A stretch of 64,000 nucleotides of DNA from Chloroflexota bacterium (GTDB lineage: Bacteria > Chloroflexota > Dehalococcoidia > Lucifugimonadales > GCA-002723415). The stretch spans positions 4,842 to 68,841 of the forward strand of contig PBOA01000005.1 of NCBI GenBank assembly GCA_002723415.1. Reading direction: 5' to 3'. The notes under the pieces are model-generated. The model did not search any database. It was given only the letters and a program-made list of their open reading frames with translations, and was not told where the DNA came from. Below are positions 46,561 through 55,883 of this stretch, piece by piece. Both the position numbers and the translations under genes were made by a program. Each line of letters starts with the position of its first letter. Position 1 is the stretch's first letter.

Positions 46561-48900
46561 TTATGTGTCATATCTCGTGATTTTAATTATATGTTGCTCG
46601 TAATCTGTAGGAAATTCAGATACATCATTTTCAAATTTAGGTAAACGCCTCCATTTACCTGTATTAGTTATGTTAACTTTAGTAGAGGCCCAAGCAAGTG
46701 CACCTGATGTTTTTACATTTAATGGCGCAAGTATTGATAATATATTTGCACCTCTTTTTTCTGAAAACCTGCCTCCACCTAAATGTCCTTGTCCTAATGG
46801 AACGCATATTACGTCAGTAGGGGTTCCTGGATTAGGATAAGCTATAGCTTCAATGTTCCCAAAATTTGAAGCTATTCTAATTATATCGCCTTCTTTAATA
46901 TTCATATCTTTTGCAACTTTTGCGTTAATTTCTGCCCATGTTTTCCAGACAGCAGTTGACATTGTGTCAGGCAAGGCTTGTAGCCAAGGCAATGAAGAAT
47001 TTCCTATTCCATCTCTTAACCCGTATGATTCAAAAGGTATGAGATAAAACTCTTTATTTGGATTTTCACTACTAGAGAAGTTAGGTTCTTCAATTAGATT
47101 GTCAAATTGAGGTAATTTATGTGATTTTTTATTTTTATATTTTGAATTTGTATCTTGCCAGAATCCATGTTGTAAAACTGAATTCCAGAAAGACTCAAAA
47201 CTTGCGAAATCTTTAGTATTTTTTAATCCCACAGTTCCTTTACCACTATCAAATAAGTTTTTAGCTTTAGATTTAATTATAGATAGATAGTCTTCTCCTT
47301 CAAAATTAGTATTAAGATTAAGATTAGGGTCTTTCGATATAGATAATAAGATATTGGGAAAACTTTTTGTACCTAAATATTCTCCTCTGTTTTCAAAAAA
47401 AGGCCTTACAACTGGTTGCTGGAAAGCGACTATTTCATGACCAGGAGCAGGGTTAGGAGTATTTATACCCCAGTCTTCTAAAAAGTGATGAGGAGGTAAA
47501 ATTAAATCTGACATATATCCAATGTCATCCATAATTGTTGAAAAGCTAACTATTAAAGAAGTATTTGATATTCCATTATTTCCTTCAATTATTGCATCTT
47601 TAAACCCAGCACTGTCAGGTAACCCATACCATGGATCTGAGCCATAATTTAATAGTATTTTTACATCACCATTATTCATTTTTTTGATTAATTCATTCCA
47701 GTCAGAGAAACTTGTCTCTGTTTGTCTCAAATCAGATATATTAACTGGATCTGGGTTTAATATTACTCCACCTTTATTATTGACAGACCCTATTAAATAA
47801 TTTAATAAATATATATTTTTTAGATTAAAGAAACCATTTGTACTCGCTGCTGTAGATCCTCCGCCTATTACTAAAGGATTATTATGACTAGCTAGTTCTT
47901 TAGCAATTTTAGTAATTTTATTTATTACTTCCTCAGTATTTTGACTAGGATCAGATATTTTGCTGGCTATTAATGAAGGTGCAAATTGGTCTAGGTAAGT
48001 TAAATCATTATTAGTAAGGTTGTTTATTATTTGAGTATCAGCAAGGCCCTCAGATATTATTACCTGAGCTATACTTAAAGCCAAAATCCCTTCAGTACCA
48101 GGTTTTGTGTAAATCCATTCATCTGCATTAGCTGCAGTAGATGAAAATCTTGATTCCACTTGGACTAAATATCCTCTTGTTTTATTTCCTTGACGGAATT
48201 GGCCATAAGCTTTTGCATATTCAGTAGGAGAAATCCATGTGCTAAGAAAATCAGACCCAAAAGACAAAATGTAATCAGAATTTGCTATATCAAATTTAGG
48301 AATTTTTTTATCGCCAAATATGACTTGAAAAGCATTCTTAAGTGTTGTTTGTTCTAAAGGTTCATGAATAACGTGATTTCCTCCAAAACTAGTTGTGAAA
48401 TTTGAAACTATTGAGTTGATTTGGGAATTAAGAGGCTTTGTTGCAAAAACCATTTTTGCACTTTCCCCAGAATCTTTGAGTTTTTTTAATTCCGAACTAA
48501 GTCTGTCTATAGCGTTGTCCCAGCTTATTTCTTCAAATTTTCCTTCTCCTCTGTTTCCTACGCGTAATAGAGGACCTTTTATTCTGTCAGGATGATATAA
48601 AGATTGTAAAGAAGCTTCACAAACTGCACTATGCTTTCCTTCATTAATTGGGAAATCAATATTACCTTCTATTTTCTTTGCTCTCCCTTCCATTATACGA
48701 ACAATTAGCCCATTAGAAACTGGAGAGTTTGCGTCAGTAGTTGCATACCAATTATCTAAGCCGGAAACCATATCTTCAGGCATTTCATAAGATGATTCTA
48801 CCAAAAGTTCTTCAGGCGGAACCCCACAGGCTTGAAATAGTACAGCAGCACCAGTAGAACCCCCAATAAGTGTCAGAAATTGTCTTCTAGTTAGTCCCAT
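46561..48900 (-). CDS. actB1: ACIII molybdopterin-oxidoreductase-like subunit (ActB1-like), Tat-exported
   Basis: 779 aa with the twin-arginine leader 'MGLTRRQFLTLIGGSTGAAVLFQACG' and a molybdopterin-oxidoreductase-like body. Only one Cys is present where canonical enzymes have an N-terminal 4-Cys cluster. Confidence 0.65.
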   Translation of the reverse strand: MGLTRRQFLTLIGGSTGAAVLFQACGVPPEELLVESSYEMPEDMVSGLDNWYATTDANSPVSNGLIVRIMEGRAKKIEGNIDFPINEGKHSAVCEASLQSLYHPDRIKGPLLRVGNRGEGKFEEISWDNAIDRLSSELKKLKDSGESAKMVFATKPLNSQINSIVSNFTTSFGGNHVIHEPLEQTTLKNAFQVIFGDKKIPKFDIANSDYILSFGSDFLSTWISPTEYAKAYGQFRQGNKTRGYLVQVESRFSSTAANADEWIYTKPGTEGILALSIAQVIISEGLADTQIINNLTNNDLTYLDQFAPSLIASKISDPSQNTEEVINKITKIAKELASHNNPLVIGGGSTAASTNGFFNLKNIYLLNYLIGSVNNKGGVILNPDPVNISDLRQTETSFSDWNELIKKMNNGDVKILLNYGSDPWYGLPDSAGFKDAIIEGNNGISNTSLIVSFSTIMDDIGYMSDLILPPHHFLEDWGINTPNPAPGHEIVAFQQPVVRPFFENRGEYLGTKSFPNILLSISKDPNLNLNTNFEGEDYLSIIKSKAKNLFDSGKGTVGLKNTKDFASFESFWNSVLQHGFWQDTNSKYKNKKSHKLPQFDNLIEEPNFSSSENPNKEFYLIPFESYGLRDGIGNSSLPWLQALPDTMSTAVWKTWAEINAKVAKDMNIKEGDIIRIASNFGNIEAIAYPNPGTPTDVICVPLGQGHLGGGRFSEKRGANILSILAPLNVKTSGALAWASTKVNITNTGKWRRLPKFENDVSEFPTDYEQHIIKITRYDT

Positions 48901-48937
48901 ATTTATTTAATTTCTACCTCTTTAAACTTCTTAAATT

Positions 48938-49633
48938 TTAATAATGGCAAGTTGTACAATCTGTAGGGGCATCATTTTCTCTGTGGCAATCTACACAGTC
49001 ACTCATTTTAAGAGTTCTTACTTGTTCAACTTTATGCATTTTTGATACATCTCCATGACATATAGAACATGTGCCTGATGCAGCAATGTCTAAAGTTTCT
49101 CCAATTTTTGCCCCAGCTTTAATTGTTTTTGCTTCAGTTAAACGGATTTGATTAGTACTATCAGTTATTTTTTCTACTACTAGCCTAGTACCGGAGAACC
49201 TTTTTACATGAGCTTCATGAATAAACCTTACGTGATCAGGCATTCTGTGCACTCTAGTCCATTGAATTACATCTTTTTTGGCATGAATTTCTCTAAGTTT
49301 TTCAATTTCAGTACTTCCATCTCCTAATTGAGTATGACAAGACATACATAGATTCACTGCAGGAATAGAAGCTGAGGCTCCTTTAGTCACATTTGTATGA
49401 CAAAATGTGCAATCCAAGCCTAGTTCTTGAACATGGATAGTATGTGGGAATTCGATAGGCTGATCAGGGGCTTCACCTGCAAAAACTATTGGTTTATCAA
49501 TCCAAGAAGAAATGTGAAAAGTGGCTATTAAAGCAATAACTGCGAAAACTATGAAACCTATTGAGCCTAGAACTCCTAGTAAGATCAATTTATTTTTTGG
49601 AGGCTTGGAAAACTGAAAATCTCCGGGTATCAA
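48938..49633 (-). CDS. actA: ACIII pentahaem cytochrome c subunit (ActA-like)
   Basis: 231 aa (TTG start) with an N-terminal TM anchor and five CxxCH motifs (CTFCH, CMSCH, CSICH, CVDCH, CTTCH). Confidence 0.75.
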   Translation of the reverse strand: MIPGDFQFSKPPKNKLILLGVLGSIGFIVFAVIALIATFHISSWIDKPIVFAGEAPDQPIEFPHTIHVQELGLDCTFCHTNVTKGASASIPAVNLCMSCHTQLGDGSTEIEKLREIHAKKDVIQWTRVHRMPDHVRFIHEAHVKRFSGTRLVVEKITDSTNQIRLTEAKTIKAGAKIGETLDIAASGTCSICHGDVSKMHKVEQVRTLKMSDCVDCHRENDAPTDCTTCHY

Positions 49634-49671
49634 ATTTATAATTCCTTTTTTTAATTAATTATCTTTAATTT

Positions 49672-49962
49672 TTAGATCCAATAATCTGGCCAAAATGACT
49701 TTAAAAAACTTGCATTCCTTATTACCCCTGAGAAAAAATATAAAGCAACTCCAAAAGAAATTATTGCTACTGCATACATTGGCTTGCGGGTTTTACCCCA
49801 TGATAAAGGTATATGCTTAGATTCGAGAAGTGAAGGGATAATATTATGTGCTAATAACATGTTAGCTGCGAAAATAATTACAAAAATTACAGTTAACCAT
49901 AAGCTCAAAAGCAGCTTACTTATTTGTTGCCATTCATTTATTCCTAATGATTCTGGATTCAT
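49672..49962 (-). CDS. small two-TM membrane protein, first ORF of the act cluster, function unknown
   Basis: 96 aa with two long hydrophobic segments, 38 nt upstream of actA on the same strand. No recognisable motif. Confidence 0.45.
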   Translation of the reverse strand: MNPESLGINEWQQISKLLLSLWLTVIFVIIFAANMLLAHNIIPSLLESKHIPLSWGKTRKPMYAVAIISFGVALYFFSGVIRNASFLKSFWPDYWI

Positions 49963-50085
49963 CTAACCTGCCAGATTAATTGATAATTTTAACTATATTT
50001 ATTACCTGAAATATAATCACAATATTAACATATCCATTAATTTTGTGTCTATAGATAAACAGTATTAAGAATCAGAAATTATTGT

Positions 50086-52275
50086 TTATTTTGTAGATTT
50101 TTTTATTTTTGAAAGACTTAATAGTAAGCTCTTTATTCCAGTATTATTTGAAAAAGCTATCGTGGCTTGTACATCTTCTTGTGCTGGTGTTAATGAAACT
50201 ATTATTCCTTCACCAAATTTAGGATGGATAATTTTATCGCCAACTTTGAATTTTATTGTATTTTCAACCTTATTTATATGGGGTTGAAGTTTTATTTGGG
50301 AGGGAGTGTTATGTTCCTTTGATTTAATATTATTATCAATATATTTTCTTGGGATCTCTTTTAAAAATCTTGAAGGAATATTTATTCTAGTTTCCCCCCA
50401 TAATCCATGTTTGAAAGAACGAGTTAGAAATAGATTTCTTTTAGCCCTAGTCATACCTACATAGAACAGCCTGCGTTCTTCTTCAATTTGTTCAGTATTA
50501 TCTAAAGATCTTGAATGAGGAAGCAATCCTTCTTCTAGTCCAATTATAAATACAGTGTTATATTCAAGCCCTTTAGATTGATGCAGCGTTATTAGAGTGA
50601 TTTTGGATATTTTTTCTTCCATTGAATCGACATCGCTTACGAGGCTTATATTTTCTAAAAATTCATTTAGGCTTGCGTTTGTGTTTTCAGTTGTAAATTC
50701 TTGTGCAGATATTTTGAATTCTTTAAGATTTTCCCATTTTTCTTCAGGGTTATCTAAAGTATTTTTTATGTATTTTTCATATGAGAATAATTCTAAGGTT
50801 AAATCAATTATTTCTAATAAGTTTAAATTATCTAGTTTGCTTCTGAGTTTTGAAAATTTATCTAATATCTCCTTAAATGATTTTTTCTGGGTTTTAGAAA
50901 TATTATTTAATTCTAATTCAATTTGTTTATTGTCAGAAATTAACAGCTCTAAAGCTGAATAAATTGAGTTATTTGTTAATTCTGCTATTCTTTTTATTCG
51001 ATCTATAGTTTTATTTCCAATTCCTTTTGGAGGGATATTTATGATTCTTAATAGACTTATGTCATCATTTGGGTTGTTTATCACGCGCAAATATGAAGTT
51101 ATATCTTTTATTTCTTGTCTTCTGTAAAATTTTAATCCACCTATAATTTGATAAGGCACGCCATATTTTAGGCAAGCATTTTCTATTGCTCTAGATTGGG
51201 CATTTGTTCTATACATAATAGCTATTTGGTTTAAAGGGGTGTTTTTTGCTAAGAGTTTTTTTATCTCATTAATTACAAATTTTGCTTCATCATCTTGATT
51301 AAATCCTTCTTTAAGAATTATTAGGTCTCCTGAGTTATTCTTTGTCCAGAGTTCGTTTTTTATTCTTAAAGTATTTACTTCGATTAAATTTTTGGCAGCT
51401 GACAAAATAATTGATGAAGATCTGTAGTTTTCTGACAAAGATATTTTTTTAGCATCAGGAAAATCTTTTTGGAATTTGATTATATTTTGTATATCTGCAT
51501 TTCTCCAAGAATAAATAGATTGGTCAGGGTCACCAACTACGCATAAGTTTCTATTATAAGATGAAAGTAATTTGGCAATCTTGTATTGAACTAGATTTGT
51601 ATCTTGAAATTCATCTACCATGATATATTTATATTGTTGGCTAAACTTATCTTTCAATATGCTTGTTTCCTCTAATAAAGTACATGTTTTTATTAGAAGG
51701 TCGTCAAAATCTAAAGAATTTAATTGTGATAATTTCAGGGTGTACTTTTTGTATATACGTGAAAATAATTCATCAAAATAATTTTCTGTATTAGCTGCTA
51801 TATATTCATATGTTTGTAATTTGCTTTTAGCAGCTGATATATTTGAAACAAATGCTTTAGGAGGGAATTTTTTTGGATCTATTTCTAGTTCTTTTGCTAT
51901 TTGTTTAATCAAAGCTAATTGGTCTAAGTCATCGTAGATTGTGAAATTAGAATTTATTTTTATGTGGTTGCCATAGATTCTTAAGGTTTTTGCACAAAAT
52001 GAATGGAAAGTACTTGCGTTTATCTTATTTTGTTTATTTGGTTTAATTAAAAAGGACAGTCGATTTTTCATTTCTTCTGCTGCTTTATTAGTAAAAGTCA
52101 TTGCTATAATATTTTCTGATGAGCAATGATTGTTTTCAATTAAATAGGCAATTCTATGAGTTATAGTTCTAGTTTTTCCACTACCGGGTCCTGCGACCAC
52201 TAATAACGGGCCATCAGTAGATGTGACTACTTTTTTTTGAGGTTTGTTTAAGTTTTCTAATAAATCATTTTTCAT
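50086..52275 (-). CDS. pcrA: ATP-dependent DNA helicase, UvrD/PcrA/Rep family
   Basis: 729 aa with Walker A 'AGPGSGKT', 'VDEFQDTN', 'VGDPDQSIY' and 'LHQSKGLE'. Confidence 0.85.
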   Translation of the reverse strand: MKNDLLENLNKPQKKVVTSTDGPLLVVAGPGSGKTRTITHRIAYLIENNHCSSENIIAMTFTNKAAEEMKNRLSFLIKPNKQNKINASTFHSFCAKTLRIYGNHIKINSNFTIYDDLDQLALIKQIAKELEIDPKKFPPKAFVSNISAAKSKLQTYEYIAANTENYFDELFSRIYKKYTLKLSQLNSLDFDDLLIKTCTLLEETSILKDKFSQQYKYIMVDEFQDTNLVQYKIAKLLSSYNRNLCVVGDPDQSIYSWRNADIQNIIKFQKDFPDAKKISLSENYRSSSIILSAAKNLIEVNTLRIKNELWTKNNSGDLIILKEGFNQDDEAKFVINEIKKLLAKNTPLNQIAIMYRTNAQSRAIENACLKYGVPYQIIGGLKFYRRQEIKDITSYLRVINNPNDDISLLRIINIPPKGIGNKTIDRIKRIAELTNNSIYSALELLISDNKQIELELNNISKTQKKSFKEILDKFSKLRSKLDNLNLLEIIDLTLELFSYEKYIKNTLDNPEEKWENLKEFKISAQEFTTENTNASLNEFLENISLVSDVDSMEEKISKITLITLHQSKGLEYNTVFIIGLEEGLLPHSRSLDNTEQIEEERRLFYVGMTRAKRNLFLTRSFKHGLWGETRINIPSRFLKEIPRKYIDNNIKSKEHNTPSQIKLQPHINKVENTIKFKVGDKIIHPKFGEGIIVSLTPAQEDVQATIAFSNNTGIKSLLLSLSKIKKSTK

Positions 52276-52330
52276 AAATTTAATTTATATTTTTATAATT
52301 AAAAATAAAATTTAGACATAGTATTTGGCT

Positions 52331-52744
52331 TTAATCAATAGTAGTAATTTTTTCTTCATTTATCTTGCCAGATTCAGATATTGAAAATATTTTAAAAACT
52401 GGATTATCTATGTCTTCTAAAGATATTAAAGCATAAAATACATCTAACCATCCACTTTCCAATGCCATTCTGACATCTGTAGCAGAGGGATATGCTGGGC
52501 TATGCGTGTGAGAGTGATAAAAAGCAATAAATTCTATATTTTTATCTGTTGAGTCTTTGTCAGCATTAAGGAAATCTTTAGGGTTCATTAAATATCTATA
52601 TGGGCTTTTAGCAGTGTTTTCGATAATATAAATTTCAGAAATTTCGTTATTTTTACCGGCAAGTATTCCGCAACATTCATTAGGAAATTCATTTTTTGAA
52701 TGTTGATAAATACTTTCGATAAATTTTTTATTTATTTTTAACAA
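52331..52744 (-). CDS. JAMM/MPN+ family metalloprotease (Mec+/QbsD-like)
   Basis: 137 aa with 'ECCG' and the complete JAMM motif 'HSHTHSPAYPSATD' (HxHx7Sx2D). Confidence 0.8.
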   Translation of the reverse strand: MLKINKKFIESIYQHSKNEFPNECCGILAGKNNEISEIYIIENTAKSPYRYLMNPKDFLNADKDSTDKNIEFIAFYHSHTHSPAYPSATDVRMALESGWLDVFYALISLEDIDNPVFKIFSISESGKINEEKITTID

Positions 52745-52882
52745 TTTAATTTTTTAATTCAGTTATTAATTTTGTCTTATGAATATATTTATGATTGATT
52801 TTCATGTTATACTTTAAATATAGATTCTATCAAGTAATTAAAATCTATATTGTTAAATTTTGTAGATAAATAAGGTGCTTTT

Positions 52883-53932
52883 TTGAATAAGTCTGAATTA
52901 AATGATCTTAATCTAATTAGATCAGATAAACTATTAACTCCAGCTGAATTGATTGCTAAACTACCCATTACTTCTGTTATAGAGCAGACAGTCATCAATG
53001 GAAGAAATCAAATTAGAAAAATTCTAGATGGAGAAGATTCTAGGTTTATTATGTTGGTAGGACCATGTTCTATTCATGATGAAAAAGCTGCATTAGAATA
53101 TGCTATTAAATTAAAAGAAATATCAGACCCTTTTAAAGACAAATTCTTAACAATCATGCGTGTATATTTTGAAAAACCAAGGACTACTGTTGGATGGACT
53201 GGGTTTTTATATGACCCTAATCTTGATGATTCTTTTAATATGGCTCAAGGATTGTTTAAGGGAAGAAAACTGTTACTTGATTTAGCTAATAAAGGTATTT
53301 ATTGTGCAACAGAAATACTTGATCCATTTGTACCTCAATATATAGCTGATTTAATATCTTGGGCAGCAATTGGTGCTAGGACTGTTGAAAGTCAGACTCA
53401 TAGGCAATTGGCCAGTGGGCTAAGTATGCCTGTAGGTATGAAAAATGGCACAGGCGGTAGTACGCAAGTCGCGATTGATGCTATGATTGCTGCACGAGCT
53501 GAGCATGGGTTTTTGGGGATTAATTATGATGGACAACCTTCTTTAGTCCGTACAAGAGGGAATAACTATGTACATCTTGTTTTAAGGGGGGGGAATAAGG
53601 CTCCAAATTTTGACCATGAATCAGTAGTAAAAACATTAGCTAATTTAGAAAATTCTAAATTGAAACCTCAAGTCTTAATTGATTGTAGCCATGCAAATTG
53701 TGAAAAAGATCATGAGAAAATGAATATTGCTTTTCGTAGTGCTATTCAACAAAGGTCTGAGGGTAATTTAGGTATAATTGGTGCTATGTTAGAAAGTAAT
53801 TTAGTTGCAGGTAAGCAAAATCTTGACCAATCTAATATTAATTTGGAGTATGGCAAATCTATCACCGACCCATGTATTGATCTAGATGAAACGCGTTCTC
53901 TGCTTTTATGGGCTTATAATAATTTAGATTGA
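52883..53932 (+). CDS. aroG: 3-deoxy-7-phosphoheptulonate (DAHP) synthase, class I alpha
   Basis: 349 aa (TTG start after AAGGTG) with 'GPCSIHD', 'KPRTTVGW' and 'IGARTVESQTHRQLASG'. Feedback specificity (F/G/H type) is not determinable. Confidence 0.85.
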   Translation: MNKSELNDLNLIRSDKLLTPAELIAKLPITSVIEQTVINGRNQIRKILDGEDSRFIMLVGPCSIHDEKAALEYAIKLKEISDPFKDKFLTIMRVYFEKPRTTVGWTGFLYDPNLDDSFNMAQGLFKGRKLLLDLANKGIYCATEILDPFVPQYIADLISWAAIGARTVESQTHRQLASGLSMPVGMKNGTGGSTQVAIDAMIAARAEHGFLGINYDGQPSLVRTRGNNYVHLVLRGGNKAPNFDHESVVKTLANLENSKLKPQVLIDCSHANCEKDHEKMNIAFRSAIQQRSEGNLGIIGAMLESNLVAGKQNLDQSNINLEYGKSITDPCIDLDETRSLLLWAYNNLD

Positions 53933-53954
53933 ATTAATAATGTAGGAGAAATTT

Positions 53955-54320
53955 ATGGAATACGGTGAATTAGTTGTGGGCCAAGGTATTGATGTTGAAA
54001 CGTCTGTAACTATTGGAATGACTATTAATCGTACTGGTAAAGATGGAGATGAAGTGTTGTCAACTCCTCAGTTACTCAACTTAATGGAACAAGCTTGCAT
54101 AGAATTATCGGATCCTCTTTTAAAAAGTCCTTATACGACTGTAGGTTATGCTGTAGATGGATTAAGGCATATTGGTCCTGCAAAGGTAGGACAAAAAGTT
54201 TCAATAAAGTCTAAGCTTATTAATATAGATAATAATAAGCTTACTTATAATATTGAAGCATTTGAATCTAACCAGAAATTTGGTTTTGCAACTCATAAAA
54301 GAGCGATTATTTCTAAATAA
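53955..54320 (+). CDS. hotdog-fold thioesterase-like protein
   Basis: 121 aa with size and pattern similar to small FlK/4HBT-type hotdog thioesterases. Weak, by-eye assignment. Confidence 0.45.
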   Translation: MEYGELVVGQGIDVETSVTIGMTINRTGKDGDEVLSTPQLLNLMEQACIELSDPLLKSPYTTVGYAVDGLRHIGPAKVGQKVSIKSKLINIDNNKLTYNIEAFESNQKFGFATHKRAIISK

Positions 54321-54459
54321 ATATATCTTATAAATTTAAAATAATTAATTTATAGATTGTAAAGATTAGTTTGGTTTGATATACTTTGAGAAATTTTAAG
54401 TGTATAATTTATTAACTTGTGGTTGAAATAATTTATGGTCTGATTTTAAGGAGGTAGAA

Positions 54460-55332
54460 GTGAAATGGGTTGATTATATCCAGCCATCTACTTTAGATGA
54501 TGCGTTGGGTTTATTAAAAAAACATGGTGAGAAAGCAGGTATATTAGCTGGCGGTACAGATTTGCTTGTTTTATTAAGAGCTAAAGCTAAGTCATCTGAT
54601 ATTATTGTGGATATAAAAAATATTGCTGAATTAAACCAATTGGATTTTGATAAAAAAACAGGATTAACAATAGGAGCTGCTGTTCCTTGTTATAAAATTT
54701 ATAATGATTCTAATGTCAAGAAGTATTATCCTGGCATAATTGATTCAGCTTCTATTATTGGTGGTACGCAAATACAAGGTCGTGCTACACTGGGAGGGAA
54801 TTTATGTAATTCTGCTCCTAGTGCAGATGCAGTTCCTGGTATGATAGCAATGGGTGTAACTTGTAAAGTAGCTGGATCTAATGGTGTAAGGGAAGTACCT
54901 GTTGAAGAATTTTGTTTAGCGCCGCGTAAAAATATTTTGAAACCTGATGAAATATTAGTTTCTTTGAATTATCCTGCGCCAAAGCCTAACACTGGATCTA
55001 GATATATAAGATTCATCCCTAGAAATGAAATGGATATAGCTGTTGTTGGAGTAGGCGTTTATGTTGAGTTAGAGAACAATAAATTTAAAGATTTAAGAGT
55101 TTCTTTAGCTTCAGTTGCTCCTAAGCCTATATTTGTTCAAGAAGCTGGAACTTCTGTAGTAGGCAAAGAGGTTAATGAGGAAAATATTAATTTAGCTGCT
55201 CTAAAAGCAAAAGAAGCTGCTAAGCCTATTACTGATATGCGAGGTACGATTGAATTTAGAAAACATCTTTCAGAAGTTTTGACAAAAAGAGCATTACAGA
55301 CAGCGATAGAAAGAGCTAAGGAGTCAGTATAA
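54460..55332 (+). CDS. xanthine dehydrogenase / CO dehydrogenase family FAD-binding medium subunit (CoxM/CutM-like)
   Basis: GTG start, 290 aa, with 'ILAGGTDLLVLLR' and 'GGNLCNSAPSADA' FAD-binding motifs. Confidence 0.8.
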   Translation: MKWVDYIQPSTLDDALGLLKKHGEKAGILAGGTDLLVLLRAKAKSSDIIVDIKNIAELNQLDFDKKTGLTIGAAVPCYKIYNDSNVKKYYPGIIDSASIIGGTQIQGRATLGGNLCNSAPSADAVPGMIAMGVTCKVAGSNGVREVPVEEFCLAPRKNILKPDEILVSLNYPAPKPNTGSRYIRFIPRNEMDIAVVGVGVYVELENNKFKDLRVSLASVAPKPIFVQEAGTSVVGKEVNEENINLAALKAKEAAKPITDMRGTIEFRKHLSEVLTKRALQTAIERAKESV

Positions 55333-55818
55333 ATGAATGCAAAAGTTCATGTGCAAACAAAAATTAATGGTGAAAATGTAGATTTTCTTTGTGAGCCAAG
55401 ACAAAGTTTGTTGGAATGTCTTAGAGATATTATTGGCTTGACTGGTTCTAAAGAAGGTTGTAACGATGGTAATTGTGGTGCTTGTACTGTGGTTTTTGAT
55501 GGTAGGATTGTAACTTCTTGTTTAGTGCTAGGAGTAGAAGCTCAAGGTAAAGAAATTACTACTATTGAAGGTATAGCTTCTTCTGAAGGCTTGCACCCAA
55601 TTCAGGAAGCATTTCTTGAAAATGCTGCTTTACAATGTGGTATTTGTACTCCAGGTTTTATAGTTGCTACAAAGGCACTTTTAGATCATAATCCTAATCC
55701 TTCAGAATATCAAATCAGGTTTTGGTTAGCTAATAATCTTTGTAGATGTACTGGTTATGATAAAATTGTGTTTGCTGTGCAAGATGCAGCCGGTAGATTA
55801 GCATCATCAAAAAAATAA
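55333..55818 (+). CDS. (2Fe-2S)-binding small subunit of molybdenum hydroxylase family (CoxS/CutS-like)
   Basis: 161 aa with 'GCNDGNCGACTV' and 'CGICTPGF...CRCTGY' cluster motifs. TAAATG junction with the FAD subunit gene. Confidence 0.85.
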   Translation: MNAKVHVQTKINGENVDFLCEPRQSLLECLRDIIGLTGSKEGCNDGNCGACTVVFDGRIVTSCLVLGVEAQGKEITTIEGIASSEGLHPIQEAFLENAALQCGICTPGFIVATKALLDHNPNPSEYQIRFWLANNLCRCTGYDKIVFAVQDAAGRLASSKK

Positions 55819-55883
55819 TCTAATATATTAGTATCATTCTACATCAACCTAAATAATATTTTGTAATTTTATTGGAGTTTATG

